NCBI GenBank assembly: GCA_039815375.1
Contig: JBCBZJ010000013.1
Coordinates: 56,957 to 80,956 of the forward strand
Reading direction: 5' to 3'
DNA length: 24,000 nt
Source of the DNA: Verrucomicrobiota bacterium
GTDB taxonomy: Bacteria; Verrucomicrobiota; Verrucomicrobiia; Opitutales; Coraliomargaritaceae
Made by a program: the position numbers and the translations under genes. This document shows positions 8,458-16,461 of this stretch, in pieces (the first letter of the stretch is position 1; each line of letters starts with the position of its first letter). Under the pieces are notes generated by a model. It did no database searches. It worked only from the letters and a program-made list of their open reading frames with translations, and was not told where the DNA came from.

Positions 8458-9285
8458 CTAACTCATCCTCTTGGCGAAGCTTTGCCAATGCTCAAGTGCC
8501 AAATCTTCGGGGCGAATGTTTGGAGAAATGCCTTCCTTGATCATTGATTCGAACCATGCCAGAGCATGTGCTTCCGGATCCTTTTTGCAAAGGGTGCCGA
8601 GTTGTTTGCGGCGTTGAGTGAAGATACGGCGCACGCATTCACGAGCATTTTCCGGGAAGCGTATGAAATCCCTCTTCAATTCAAGGCGGAGTAGAACCGA
8701 ATCGACTTTTGGTGCTGGATAAAAGCACGGAGCAGCTACCAGATGTCGGCCTGTTACGGAATAAGCAGACTGCAGGAAAATAGAAATAGCACCGAAGTTT
8801 TTGGTGCCGTGTTGAGCGGAATATCGATCGCCTGCTTCTTTCTGTAACATCAAGACCATACAGGAGGGAAGTGGGCCGGCGAGCACAGCCTCCATCCACG
8901 GTGTGGAAACGGCGTAGGGAAGATTGGCTACGATTTTATAGCCGTCACTGAGATCATCCAATCCGGCTCGAGGAGAGTCAAGGCAGTCGCCCTCAATGAG
9001 ATGGAAGTCCGGTGCTTGCGGCTGAATATTTTCTCGAAGATGTTTGGCGAGAGAAGCGTCGCGTTCGACAGCCCAGACTGACGCGCCCGTTTTCAGAATG
9101 GCTTGGGAGAGAGTCCCGAGGCCGGGCCCGATCTCGACGACCCGATCAGTTGCCGAAACTTCAGCAAGTTCGATGGATTTACGAACGATATTGCCGTCCA
9201 CAAGGAAGTTTTGCCCCAGCTTCTTATTTGGCTGGTGTTCCAGCTTATCAAGGAGCTCTCTGGTCTGCGAGGGGTTGAGGGGCAC
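8458..9285 (-). CDS. rsmA: 16S rRNA (adenine1518-N6/adenine1519-N6)-dimethyltransferase
   Basis: 275 aa with KKLGQNFLVDGNIVRKSIE, the SAM motif VVEIGPGLGTLS and NLPYAVSTP. Confidence 0.9.
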   Translation of the reverse strand: MPLNPSQTRELLDKLEHQPNKKLGQNFLVDGNIVRKSIELAEVSATDRVVEIGPGLGTLSQAILKTGASVWAVERDASLAKHLRENIQPQAPDFHLIEGDCLDSPRAGLDDLSDGYKIVANLPYAVSTPWMEAVLAGPLPSCMVLMLQKEAGDRYSAQHGTKNFGAISIFLQSAYSVTGRHLVAAPCFYPAPKVDSVLLRLELKRDFIRFPENARECVRRIFTQRRKQLGTLCKKDPEAHALAWFESMIKEGISPNIRPEDLALEHWQSFAKRMS

Positions 9286-9290
9286 GAGGT

Positions 9291-10130
9291 TTATGCGTTA
9301 TGGAAATCGCGGATCATTTCTTCCGGGTCCTCGGCTTTCATTAAAGCTTCACCCACGAGTATCGCGTCCGCTCCACATGCGCGCGCTCGGCTGGCGTCTT
9401 CTAGGTCGAAAATCCCGCTTTCGCTGACTTTTACGATGTTATCCGGGATTTGTGGTATCAATAATTCGGATACGGCTAGATCGGTTTTGAATCGTTTGAG
9501 GTCTCGGTTGTTTACGCCAATAATTTTCGGCTCGAAGCGAAGTGCTTTTTCAAGCTCTCGCTCTTCGTGGATCTCGTAAAGGATATCGAGGCCCGCGATT
9601 TCTGCAGCATCGCGCAAGGCCTTGATTTCGTCGTCTTCAAGAGCGCGCACAATAATGAGGATACAACGTGCACCTGCTTCCACGGCTTCTGCCACCTGGA
9701 CAGGGTGGACCATAAAATCCTTGCGCAAGCACGGCGTCTTGCGCTGATGACATTCAAGAAATTCGACTACATCCCAAAGGTCTTGGAGGCTACCGCCGAA
9801 GTAGTCTGTATCTGTCAATACGGAGAAGCAGTCGGCCTCTGCATTCACATATTCCCGTGCCTGGTCGACTGCGTCGAGTGTCGCAGGTGCAATCTCCCCG
9901 GCAGAAGGAGATTTACGCTTGATCTCGGCGATTACAGAAAGCTGCTCTTTACGGGCGAGTGCTTCAAGAAAGCTGCCGCCTTGACGCTGCATACGCGCGA
10001 GTCTTTCGAGCTCTTGCTCTCGAACGGGGCGAGCACGACCCTCCATAGATTGCCGTTTGGCGGCCATAATTTCGGCTAATTTGTCCATTTGGTAAGCACG
10101 AAAGGTTGACTGGCTTGTTGCCGAGTTCAA
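9291..10130 (-). CDS. trpC: indole-3-glycerol phosphate synthase
   Basis: 279 aa with LSVIAEIKRKSPSAGEI, CLRKDFMVHPVQV, IIGVNNRDLKTF-like IGVNNRDLKRF and SESGI. An alternative start at the internal Met (MDKLAEIMAAKR, ATG at 10088) is possible. Confidence 0.9.
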   Translation of the reverse strand: MNSATSQSTFRAYQMDKLAEIMAAKRQSMEGRARPVREQELERLARMQRQGGSFLEALARKEQLSVIAEIKRKSPSAGEIAPATLDAVDQAREYVNAEADCFSVLTDTDYFGGSLQDLWDVVEFLECHQRKTPCLRKDFMVHPVQVAEAVEAGARCILIIVRALEDDEIKALRDAAEIAGLDILYEIHEERELEKALRFEPKIIGVNNRDLKRFKTDLAVSELLIPQIPDNIVKVSESGIFDLEDASRARACGADAILVGEALMKAEDPEEMIRDFHNA

Positions 10131-10138
10131 GCCGGAGT

Positions 10139-10576
10139 TTAATCGATCCGCCTTGAGCTTACGATCCGCCAGGCTCCGTCTGTTCGTTGCCCAATACTGA
10201 AGAGGCTGATAAAATTGTCTTCGGTCTCGTAGATGACTCGCATACGCAGTTTTGGTTCAAGGCTAGGGCCGTAGCTTCGGCCTTCGTATTCGAAGCCAAT
10301 GTTCTCTTCTGGTGCACCAGATAAGGGTTCGAACTGTATTGTTCGAATAGGCAGCCCCAGCTCGCTTTGAAGAACCGGTTTCAGGAGTTGCCGCGTGATG
10401 GCATCGGTTCCCTCTAAATGGTATAGATCAAGCATGGCATTGATCGAATCTGCCTGATTGGCTTCTTCAAAAGCTTCAGCCAGTTGCCGTAAGCCTGCCT
10501 TGTCTGGGAAACTCGGGCTGCATGCAGACAGTGCGAAGGTGATGCAGCAAAGCGCTAGGCGCACTACGCTAGCCAT
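10139..10576 (-). CDS. hypothetical lipoprotein
   Basis: 145 aa with signal peptide plus lipobox LALCCITFALSAC. Its start ATG shares one base with the upstream stop (TAATG at 10578-10574). No family was recognised. Confidence 0.6.
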   Translation of the reverse strand: MASVVRLALCCITFALSACSPSFPDKAGLRQLAEAFEEANQADSINAMLDLYHLEGTDAITRQLLKPVLQSELGLPIRTIQFEPLSGAPEENIGFEYEGRSYGPSLEPKLRMRVIYETEDNFISLFSIGQRTDGAWRIVSSRRID

Positions 10577-11124
10577 TACAGGATCTTGGATTGCCCGTTC
10601 TCCGGTTCCGTGGGCTCGGTCTCATCAAGAGAGAGCTCTTCCGGCTCTGTGATCGAATCTTCGATGGCCGGGTCTTTTTTCTTTAGAGCGCTGCTTTGTT
10701 CGATGCGGCCGCTCTTAAATCCCGTTGCGACAATATTGATACGTCCCAGATTTTCGATCCCGAGGTTCTCGCTCAGTGCTTTACGCAAGTGCGCCTGGAG
10801 CGTCTCCTCGATGCTCCTGAGGTGTGCTCCACTGGCCAACTTCAAGCGCACTTCGAAATGTGTTTTGTTGCTCTTCGCGTTAACGCTGACTTGTGGTTTA
10901 CTGACTTCGCTGATCTGTTCACAGGAGGTTTGTACCAGTTCGATGATAGCGGAGCGTCCGACCATGACTTGACCGTTCGCAGTGGAGTAGGCCATGACAT
11001 TCTTTGGCTGCCTGCGCACGAGCAGGAAAAGCAGTAGCGCGAGGACGAGAACTACCGACCCGATGTAGAGGTATTCGGTTTCTGCAAGATGATTGATGCT
11101 ATTAAAAAACTCCATCCATTCCAT
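10576..11124 (-). CDS. membrane-anchored Asp23-partner protein (AmaP-like)
   Basis: 182 aa with a single N-terminal TM (YLYIGSVVLVLALLLFLLV). This is followed by an Asp23-like pattern (GQVMVGRSAIIELVQTSCEQISEV...FEVRLKLASGAHLRSIEETLQAHLRKAL) and an acidic tail. It sits immediately downstream of the Asp23 gene, as amaP does in Firmicutes. The assignment rests on architecture and context, not on a search. Confidence 0.5.
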   Translation of the reverse strand: MEWMEFFNSINHLAETEYLYIGSVVLVLALLLFLLVRRQPKNVMAYSTANGQVMVGRSAIIELVQTSCEQISEVSKPQVSVNAKSNKTHFEVRLKLASGAHLRSIEETLQAHLRKALSENLGIENLGRINIVATGFKSGRIEQSSALKKKDPAIEDSITEPEELSLDETEPTEPENGQSKIL

Positions 11125-11147
11125 CTCGCTCTATCTTGTCTCGGGGA

Positions 11148-11591
11148 TTAGTCTGTGTGAGCTTCGTCGTTCCAGTCTTCGCTCTCTTTACTCTCTTCGT
11201 CGGTGCGAACCCCATCGATCACAACGTTTACCTGAGAGACATTCTTACTGGTCATTTTTTCGACCTGTTCGGCAATACGCTGCTGAATTTGAGTTGCGAC
11301 TGAGGCGAGTTCTACGCCGAAGCGTAATATGACGCGAATCTCGATTCGATAGTCGCCAACTTCGTCTTCTTCGACGCGGACGCCACGCTCATCACCCTTC
11401 TTGGAGAAAATTTCAGCGATCCCGTCGACAAATCCACCGCCTACTGCCGCGACGCCGGCGACTTCAAGTGCAGCAAGACGGACGATACTGGCAACGACGC
11501 TATGGTTGATGCGAATATCGCCAAGCGTATTAGAGTCTTCAGATACAGTTGGGATGGAAGACTCGTTCTGGTTTTCAGTTTCCTTACTCAT
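11148..11591 (-). CDS. Asp23/Gls24-family envelope stress protein
   Basis: 147 aa: [27 protein letters not shown]...[44 protein letters not shown]...VNVVIDGV. This is the canonical Asp23 (DUF322) pattern. Confidence 0.85.
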   Translation of the reverse strand: MSKETENQNESSIPTVSEDSNTLGDIRINHSVVASIVRLAALEVAGVAAVGGGFVDGIAEIFSKKGDERGVRVEEDEVGDYRIEIRVILRFGVELASVATQIQQRIAEQVEKMTSKNVSQVNVVIDGVRTDEESKESEDWNDEAHTD

Positions 11592-11618
11592 AATGGCCGG
11601 AGTGTAGAGTTGTAGAGT

Positions 11619-12983
11619 TTATGTGTAAATATCCTTCGGAACGCGCTGAATAAATTCTTCAATGAACTTTGTCGTCGCCTTGCCCTCGCGGAAATTCGGA
11701 TCGCGGATGATTGCGCGACTGAAGGGAATGTTGGTCTTGATGCCTCGAATCAGGTATTCACCCAGTGCGCGATCCATGCGGTCAAGTGCGAGATCACGAG
11801 TCTTACCAAAGGTCATGACCTTGGCGATCATGCTGTCGTAGTGCGGCGGTATAGTATAGCCGCTGTAGACGTGGGAGTCGATACGGACACCGTGACCTCC
11901 GGGAGAGTAATAGAGGCTGATTTCGCCCGGGCATGGTGCGAAATTGCGGCCCGGATCCTCGGCGCATACCCGGCATTCTATGGCATGGCGGAGGAACTTG
12001 ATGTCCTTTTGCTCGTAGTTCAGTTTCTGACCACCGGCGATGAGAATCTGCTCCTTAACGAGATCAACACCTGTGATTTCTTCGGTCACACCGTGCTCCA
12101 CCTGAATACGGGTGTTCATCTCAATGAAGTAGTAGTTTTGCTTCTCGTCCATCAGGAACTCAATAGTCCCTGCTCCTTCATAATTGACGGATTTTGCTAG
12201 TTTTACCGCATCGCGCCCCATCTTTTTGCGGGTTTCCGGGCTGATGAAAGGTGAGGGAGCTTCTTCAATAACCTTTTGGTGGCGCCTTTGAACAGAGCAG
12301 TCGCGCTCGCCTAGATGGATGACATTGCCATATTGGTCACCAAGAACCTGGATCTCGATGTGGCGTGGTGCATCCAGGAATTTCTCGATGTAGACAGCGC
12401 CGTTTCCAAAGGCCTTTTCGGCTTCGCTGCGAGCACTGTTGTATTCCTTGGTGAAAGCAATCGCATTGTGTGCAGTCCGCATGCCTTTACCGCCGCCTCC
12501 TGCAACTGCTTTAATAATGACCGGGAAGCCAATGCCCTCAGCGACGGCAAGTGCGTCTTTCTCATTGTCGACTGTTCCTTCGCTACCGGGTATAACCGGG
12601 ACCTTGGCCTTAACGGCCATTTCCCGGGCGCGTGCTTTGTCGCCAAAGTTGGTGATCGCATCCGAGCTCGGTCCAATGAACTTGATTTTGCAGTTTTCGC
12701 ACTGTTCGGCGAAGTCTGCGTTTTCTGCGAGGAAGCCATAGCCCGGGTGGATTGCATCGACGTCAGCGATTTCTGCTGCAGCAATGATACGGTCAGCCTT
12801 CAGGTAGCTTTCATTGCTCGGCGGTGGCCCGATGCAGATCGCCTCGTCGGCTAGCTGGACGTGAAGGGACTGCTCGTCAGCCTCAGAGTAGACGCAGAGG
12901 GTTTTGATCCCGAGTTCGTTACAGGCGCGGACGATACGCAGGGCGATCTCGCCGCGATTGGCGATGAGGACTTTTTTGATCAT
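11619..12983 (-). CDS. accC: acetyl-CoA carboxylase, biotin carboxylase subunit
   Basis: 454 aa: [26 protein letters not shown]..., the ATP-grasp glycine loop [11 protein letters not shown], and [14 protein letters not shown]. Confidence 0.97.
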   Translation of the reverse strand: MIKKVLIANRGEIALRIVRACNELGIKTLCVYSEADEQSLHVQLADEAICIGPPPSNESYLKADRIIAAAEIADVDAIHPGYGFLAENADFAEQCENCKIKFIGPSSDAITNFGDKARAREMAVKAKVPVIPGSEGTVDNEKDALAVAEGIGFPVIIKAVAGGGGKGMRTAHNAIAFTKEYNSARSEAEKAFGNGAVYIEKFLDAPRHIEIQVLGDQYGNVIHLGERDCSVQRRHQKVIEEAPSPFISPETRKKMGRDAVKLAKSVNYEGAGTIEFLMDEKQNYYFIEMNTRIQVEHGVTEEITGVDLVKEQILIAGGQKLNYEQKDIKFLRHAIECRVCAEDPGRNFAPCPGEISLYYSPGGHGVRIDSHVYSGYTIPPHYDSMIAKVMTFGKTRDLALDRMDRALGEYLIRGIKTNIPFSRAIIRDPNFREGKATTKFIEEFIQRVPKDIYT

Positions 12984-12991
12984 CCAGTGCG

Positions 12992-13462
12992 CTACGCGGT
13001 TTTAACTTTGAAGAGCGGTTGGCCGTATTCCACAGCTTCGCCATTCTCAACAAGCAGTTCGGTGATTGTGCCACTTATTTCGGACTGAATCTCGTTCATC
13101 ACTTTCATTGCCTCAATGATACAAACGATAGAGTCTGCACTGACTTTTTTGCCAATATCTGTGAACGGGGGGCTCTCTGGAGAGGGAGAACGGTAAAAAG
13201 TGCCGACCATTGGCGAGGTGATGAAGGAAATGCCAGCTTCTTCCACGGGCTCTGCCGCCGGTGCATCGGCTACTGGTGCGGTAGCAGGAGCTGTAGGGAT
13301 AGGAGCTGCTGCCTGAGGAACCGGAGCAGCCTGAATAATCTGCGGCGCATCCCCGTTTTTACGGCTTAGTCGTAGCTTGAAGCCCTCTTCTTCGAATTCG
13401 AATTCAGAGAGCTCGGAGCGTTTCATCAAATCGACGACTTGCTTGATTAGTTTAATGTCCAA
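12992..13462 (-). CDS. accB: acetyl-CoA carboxylase, biotin carboxyl carrier protein
   Basis: 156 aa with a Pro/Ala-rich linker, the biotinylation motif [11 protein letters not shown] and a lipoyl/biotinyl fold tail. It lies 8 bp upstream of accC. Confidence 0.95.
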   Translation of the reverse strand: MDIKLIKQVVDLMKRSELSEFEFEEEGFKLRLSRKNGDAPQIIQAAPVPQAAAPIPTAPATAPVADAPAAEPVEEAGISFITSPMVGTFYRSPSPESPPFTDIGKKVSADSIVCIIEAMKVMNEIQSEISGTITELLVENGEAVEYGQPLFKVKTA

Positions 13463-13644
13463 GGTAATTCCTTTGTTTTGTCCTAGTTTCGTGAGGCGGT
13501 TTTCCTCGGAGAGGTCTCCGGAGTAATCCTGTGATGTAAGGGGAGCTTTTCGAGTTGTGCAACGACTTTGTTGCGCGGCAAATCAGCTTTGGCAGGAGCA
13601 AAATAGTGCTTTTACTTCTTCTCCTGTAGATTCATGTTAAGCCT
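13463..13644. promoter_or_regulatory. divergent intergenic region (accBC operon / KASIII cassette promoters presumed) containing a 6-2-6 inverted repeat
   Basis: At 182 bp this is the largest non-coding gap in the window. The inverted repeat CGGAGA-gg-TCTCCG lies at 13507-13520, 45-58 nt upstream of the accB ATG. Confidence 0.35.
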
Positions 13645-14721
13645 ATGCCTAAGTGCAGCTTCGAAGGAATTAGAGTCGGTGGGGTCGTGACCTGTGTGCC
13701 CCAGCGTGAGCGTTGTATTGATGAAGAGGTCGAGCTTTTCGGCGGAAATGAGAAGCAAATTGCCCGTCTTAAGAAGACGATTGGTTTGGATCGCCGTCGT
13801 GTGGTTGATGATTCTACGACGGCTGCTGACCTTTGCGAAGCGGCAGCAAGAAGGCTACTGCCAGCATGTGATCTGGAATCTTCGGATATTGATGCGGTCA
13901 TTTGCGTGACACAGACCCCCGACTACCCTCAACCTTGCAATGCTGCTGTCTTGCATGGGAAACTGGGACTACCCAAGAATTGTGCCGCACTTGATGTGAA
14001 CCTTGGTTGCTCGGGCTATGTATATGGTTTGTGGTTGGCCTTCATGATGATCAGCTCTGGAGGGTGCAAGCGCGTCTTGTTGCTCGCTGGAGATACGATA
14101 AGTCGCCTGGTTAATAAACGGGACCGTTCTGTTGCGTCACTTTTTGGGGATGGCGGCAGCGCTACCATGATAGAGCAGTCTGATGGTGCAGGGACCTCAT
14201 GGATGAGCATGGATACAGATGGCACCGGGTTTGACCGTCTAATCGTTCCCGCTGGAGGGGCACGTCACCCGCACTCTGCCGAAACCCATCTCGAAGCTGA
14301 GGATGATGCCGGTAACCTTAGGTCCAAAGAGAATCTCTTTATGGATGGTGCCGAGGTTTTTAATTTTTCGATCAGCGAGGAACCCAAGGCAGTGTCCGAT
14401 CTTTTAGACTTTGCGGGAATCGAAATAGACGACGTTGATCACTTTGTTTTTCATCAGGCTAACCGTTATATCCTTTCAAATATTGCAAAGCGATTAGAGA
14501 TTGATCCAGCTAAAGTTCCGATGCGAACGGTGGAACGTTTTGGCAATCAAAGTTCGGCGTCGATACCTTCGGCACTATGTTCTGAGCTTGGCGACCTTTT
14601 GAGCTTGGATGCGGGGCGGCAGGTTTTGCTTTCTGGTTTTGGAGTTGGCTTGTCCTGGGCAACGGCATTGCTTCCGATCTCGAGTCTTAGAGTGTGCGAG
14701 GTTATCGATTACAAAGCTTGA
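13645..14721 (+). CDS. 3-oxoacyl-ACP synthase III (KASIII/FabH)-like condensing enzyme, non-canonical subfamily
   Basis: 358 aa. The Cys-His-Asn triad contexts are all present: [21 protein letters not shown] and [11 protein letters not shown] (canonical FabH has GNTSAAS here). It is not adjacent to other fab genes. Confidence 0.85.
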   Translation: MPKCSFEGIRVGGVVTCVPQRERCIDEEVELFGGNEKQIARLKKTIGLDRRRVVDDSTTAADLCEAAARRLLPACDLESSDIDAVICVTQTPDYPQPCNAAVLHGKLGLPKNCAALDVNLGCSGYVYGLWLAFMMISSGGCKRVLLLAGDTISRLVNKRDRSVASLFGDGGSATMIEQSDGAGTSWMSMDTDGTGFDRLIVPAGGARHPHSAETHLEAEDDAGNLRSKENLFMDGAEVFNFSISEEPKAVSDLLDFAGIEIDDVDHFVFHQANRYILSNIAKRLEIDPAKVPMRTVERFGNQSSASIPSALCSELGDLLSLDAGRQVLLSGFGVGLSWATALLPISSLRVCEVIDYKA

Positions 14722-14769
14722 ACTTCTTCGGTTGCTTCTCGCTTATCGCTAATCCATTTTCTTTAGGAT

Positions 14770-15006
14770 ATGGAATTGGAACAGTTTATTCGTGATTTTG
14801 AGGCGGCAATTGAGGATCTGCCCGTGGGCAGCCTTACTGCAGAATCGCATTTCCGTAAATTAGAGCAATGGGACTCTCTTGCAGTGCTGACTGTTATTGC
14901 TATGGCCAATAGTGAGTACGGCTTTGCTCTTAAAGCGCGCGACTTGAAGCGCTTTGATACCGTGGAAGCGTTATTCGCTTTTATTGAATCATCACAGAAC
15001 CCATGA
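14770..15006 (+). CDS. acyl carrier protein (phosphopantetheine-binding)
   Basis: 78 aa acidic helical protein with the Ser attachment motif in LEQWDSLAVLTVIAM. Its stop overlaps the next gene's start (ATGA at 15003-15006). Confidence 0.75.
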   Translation: MELEQFIRDFEAAIEDLPVGSLTAESHFRKLEQWDSLAVLTVIAMANSEYGFALKARDLKRFDTVEALFAFIESSQNP

Positions 15007-15635
15007 AGCGCTTGATCATTGTTGGTGCCGGAGGTTTTGGTCGCGAAGTCTACGCATGGGCCAAGGATCATAAGGACTGCGGCACACTATGGGAGGTGGT
15101 TGGTTTTCTGGATGATGACCCATTTGCGCTCAATGCATTTGAATACCCGGTTGGTATTCTGGGTTCCATTGATACTTATGTAATCGGACCAGACGACATT
15201 TTCTTGTGTGCAATCGGTTCGCCAAAAGTAAAAAAGGTTGTTGTCGGTCGTATGCTGGCCAGAGGAGCAGATTTTATGACTTTGGTTCATCCTACAGTGG
15301 TCGTCGGTGAAAATGTTATGATTGCTGTTGGGACGATCGTTTGTCCGGGCGCGGTCATCACCTGTGATATTACAATCGGTCGATTTGTTGCGGTGAACTG
15401 CCTAAGCAGTATCGGACACGATGTGAAGGTGGGTGACTGGGCAACCATTAGTGGTCATTGTGACTTGACCGGAAAGTCCTCGATAGGCGAGGGCAGTTTT
15501 TTAGGGAGCGGTTCACGTATCCTGCCCGGAAAATCGGTAGGATCAGAAGCACTTGTGGGTGCGGGGTCAGTCGTTCTTAATTCGGTTTCGGATGGAAAAA
15601 AGGTATTCGGCAACCCGGCGCAGCCATTCTCCTAG
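15003..15635 (+). CDS. NeuD/PglD-family sugar N/O-acyltransferase (left-handed beta-helix, hexapeptide repeats)
   Basis: 210 aa. The N-terminal Rossmann-like segment MKRLIIVGAGGFGREVYAWA...VVGFLDDDP is typical of the NeuD/PglD family. The C-terminal hexapeptide repeats are IGENV, IGRFV, VGDWA, IGEGS, LGSGS and VGAGS. Confidence 0.85.
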   Translation: MKRLIIVGAGGFGREVYAWAKDHKDCGTLWEVVGFLDDDPFALNAFEYPVGILGSIDTYVIGPDDIFLCAIGSPKVKKVVVGRMLARGADFMTLVHPTVVVGENVMIAVGTIVCPGAVITCDITIGRFVAVNCLSSIGHDVKVGDWATISGHCDLTGKSSIGEGSFLGSGSRILPGKSVGSEALVGAGSVVLNSVSDGKKVFGNPAQPFS

Positions 15636-16330
15636 TTTTCAGGGAGGCTGCCGGGCTTTTCGAGGCCGATTTCTGCCAGTCCATCGAGAAGAGTTTGAAA
15701 ACCCTCCATACCTTTAAGTTCTTCGATCATTTTGTTGCTTGATAGGCGAATGAAAAACTGTTCCTGCCTCAAATTTAGACCGTGCTTTTGGATATCAATC
15801 AAGGCGCCGAATATATTGTGTCCGCCCTTTTGGTCATATCCAAATGCGACTCCGCCGACCAAGTGCCAAAAGTAAACATTTTCAACATTACCGTTTTTCT
15901 CGAATATCCCAAATTCAGCAGGTTGAAAATCTGCCGATGCCGAGTTGAACGGTATACCGTATTCACGGTCTAAACGAGTCCATCCGTTTTGAACCCAGCA
16001 AGTATCTGGTGTGTGTGCACCGGCCCAGCGATAGGAGGCTTTTCCTGGTGTCCAATAGGCAATGTATAGACTTACGATAGTGTCGCTTTTCTGAAAAACG
16101 CGGAATAAGGAGTCATCAAATTTGAGAAAATCGCTGACTCGAGCCGCTGCTTCCGGTGAGTTCGACATTTTCATATCACGCACTTTCCACCCTTTTAATT
16201 CTGAAGGAAAAAGATCGGATAGTTGATCTTGCAGTGTCGCTGTTGGCGGCAAGGTGAAAACAAAATAAGCCCTGAGTCCCAGGGATGCGGCCAGAATTGC
16301 GAACGCGACGACAAGAAGAATCTTTTTCAT
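15632..16330 (-). CDS. EpsI-family (exosortase-associated, DUF3485-like) protein
   Basis: N-terminal TM MKKILLVVAFAILAASLGL, then FPSELKGWKVRDM...VSLYIAYWTPGK...GAHTPDTCWVQNGW...VYFWHLVGG...FFIRLSS. This matches my memory of the EpsI pattern (lgGW.g.d, LyiAYy, H.P..C.pg.GW, v.YW). I prefer the ATG at 16330 over the GTG at 16357. Confidence 0.7.
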   Translation of the reverse strand: MKKILLVVAFAILAASLGLRAYFVFTLPPTATLQDQLSDLFPSELKGWKVRDMKMSNSPEAAARVSDFLKFDDSLFRVFQKSDTIVSLYIAYWTPGKASYRWAGAHTPDTCWVQNGWTRLDREYGIPFNSASADFQPAEFGIFEKNGNVENVYFWHLVGGVAFGYDQKGGHNIFGALIDIQKHGLNLRQEQFFIRLSSNKMIEELKGMEGFQTLLDGLAEIGLEKPGSLPEN

Positions 16331-16461
16331 TTTGCACCCACGATGTGACCACACCACTTTTACGTCAATACTCTGAGGGACTTAAGATTGCCTGTGGTCA
16401 GAAAATATGCGTTTCCTCTCTATACGCTTCCAATATCGCAAATATTTTCGATCAATAGATT
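16331..16461. promoter_or_regulatory. divergent intergenic region (EpsI-like gene / Wzy_C-TPR operon promoters presumed)
   Basis: 131-bp AT-rich gap between divergent starts. It contains the near-palindrome CGCAAATATTTTCG at 16437-16450. Confidence 0.3.

Noticed and set aside
9012-10079. Plus-strand ORFs of 88-170 aa across rsmA/trpC
   Set aside because: They lie antisense to two well-supported housekeeping genes and have Arg/Ser-rich shadow-frame composition.
10586-11037. Plus-strand ORFs of 128 aa and 113 aa opposite the AmaP-like gene
   Set aside because: The minus-strand frame gives a coherent TM-plus-Asp23-like protein in operon context. The plus-strand frames are Ser/Cys-rich with no features.
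12072-12090. CRP-like half sites TGTGA-N9-TCACA (of interest given the adenylate cyclase in the window)
   Set aside because: The spacer is 9 nt rather than the canonical 6, and the site lies in the middle of accC coding sequence. It is most likely chance.
12311-12854. 157-aa, 179-aa and 100-aa ORFs inside accC
   Set aside because: accC is near-certain in its own frame, and these alternative-frame or antisense artefacts have no recognisable motifs.
13230-13335. Repetitive GC-rich stretch (gctgc/ggagc units)
   Set aside because: It encodes the normal Pro/Ala-rich flexible linker of AccB ([27 protein letters not shown]) and is not a repeat element.
13590-13606. TGGCAG... resembling a sigma-54 -24 element upstream of the KASIII gene
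   Set aside because: No GC (-12 TTGC) element occurs at the required 10-nt spacing, since the sequence reads TGGCAGGAGCAAAAT.
16437-16450. Near-palindrome CGCAAATATTTTCG 12 bp upstream of the Wzy_C-TPR start
   Set aside because: It is short, imperfect, AT-rich and single-copy. It is more likely part of the promoter or ribosome-loading region than a specific operator.
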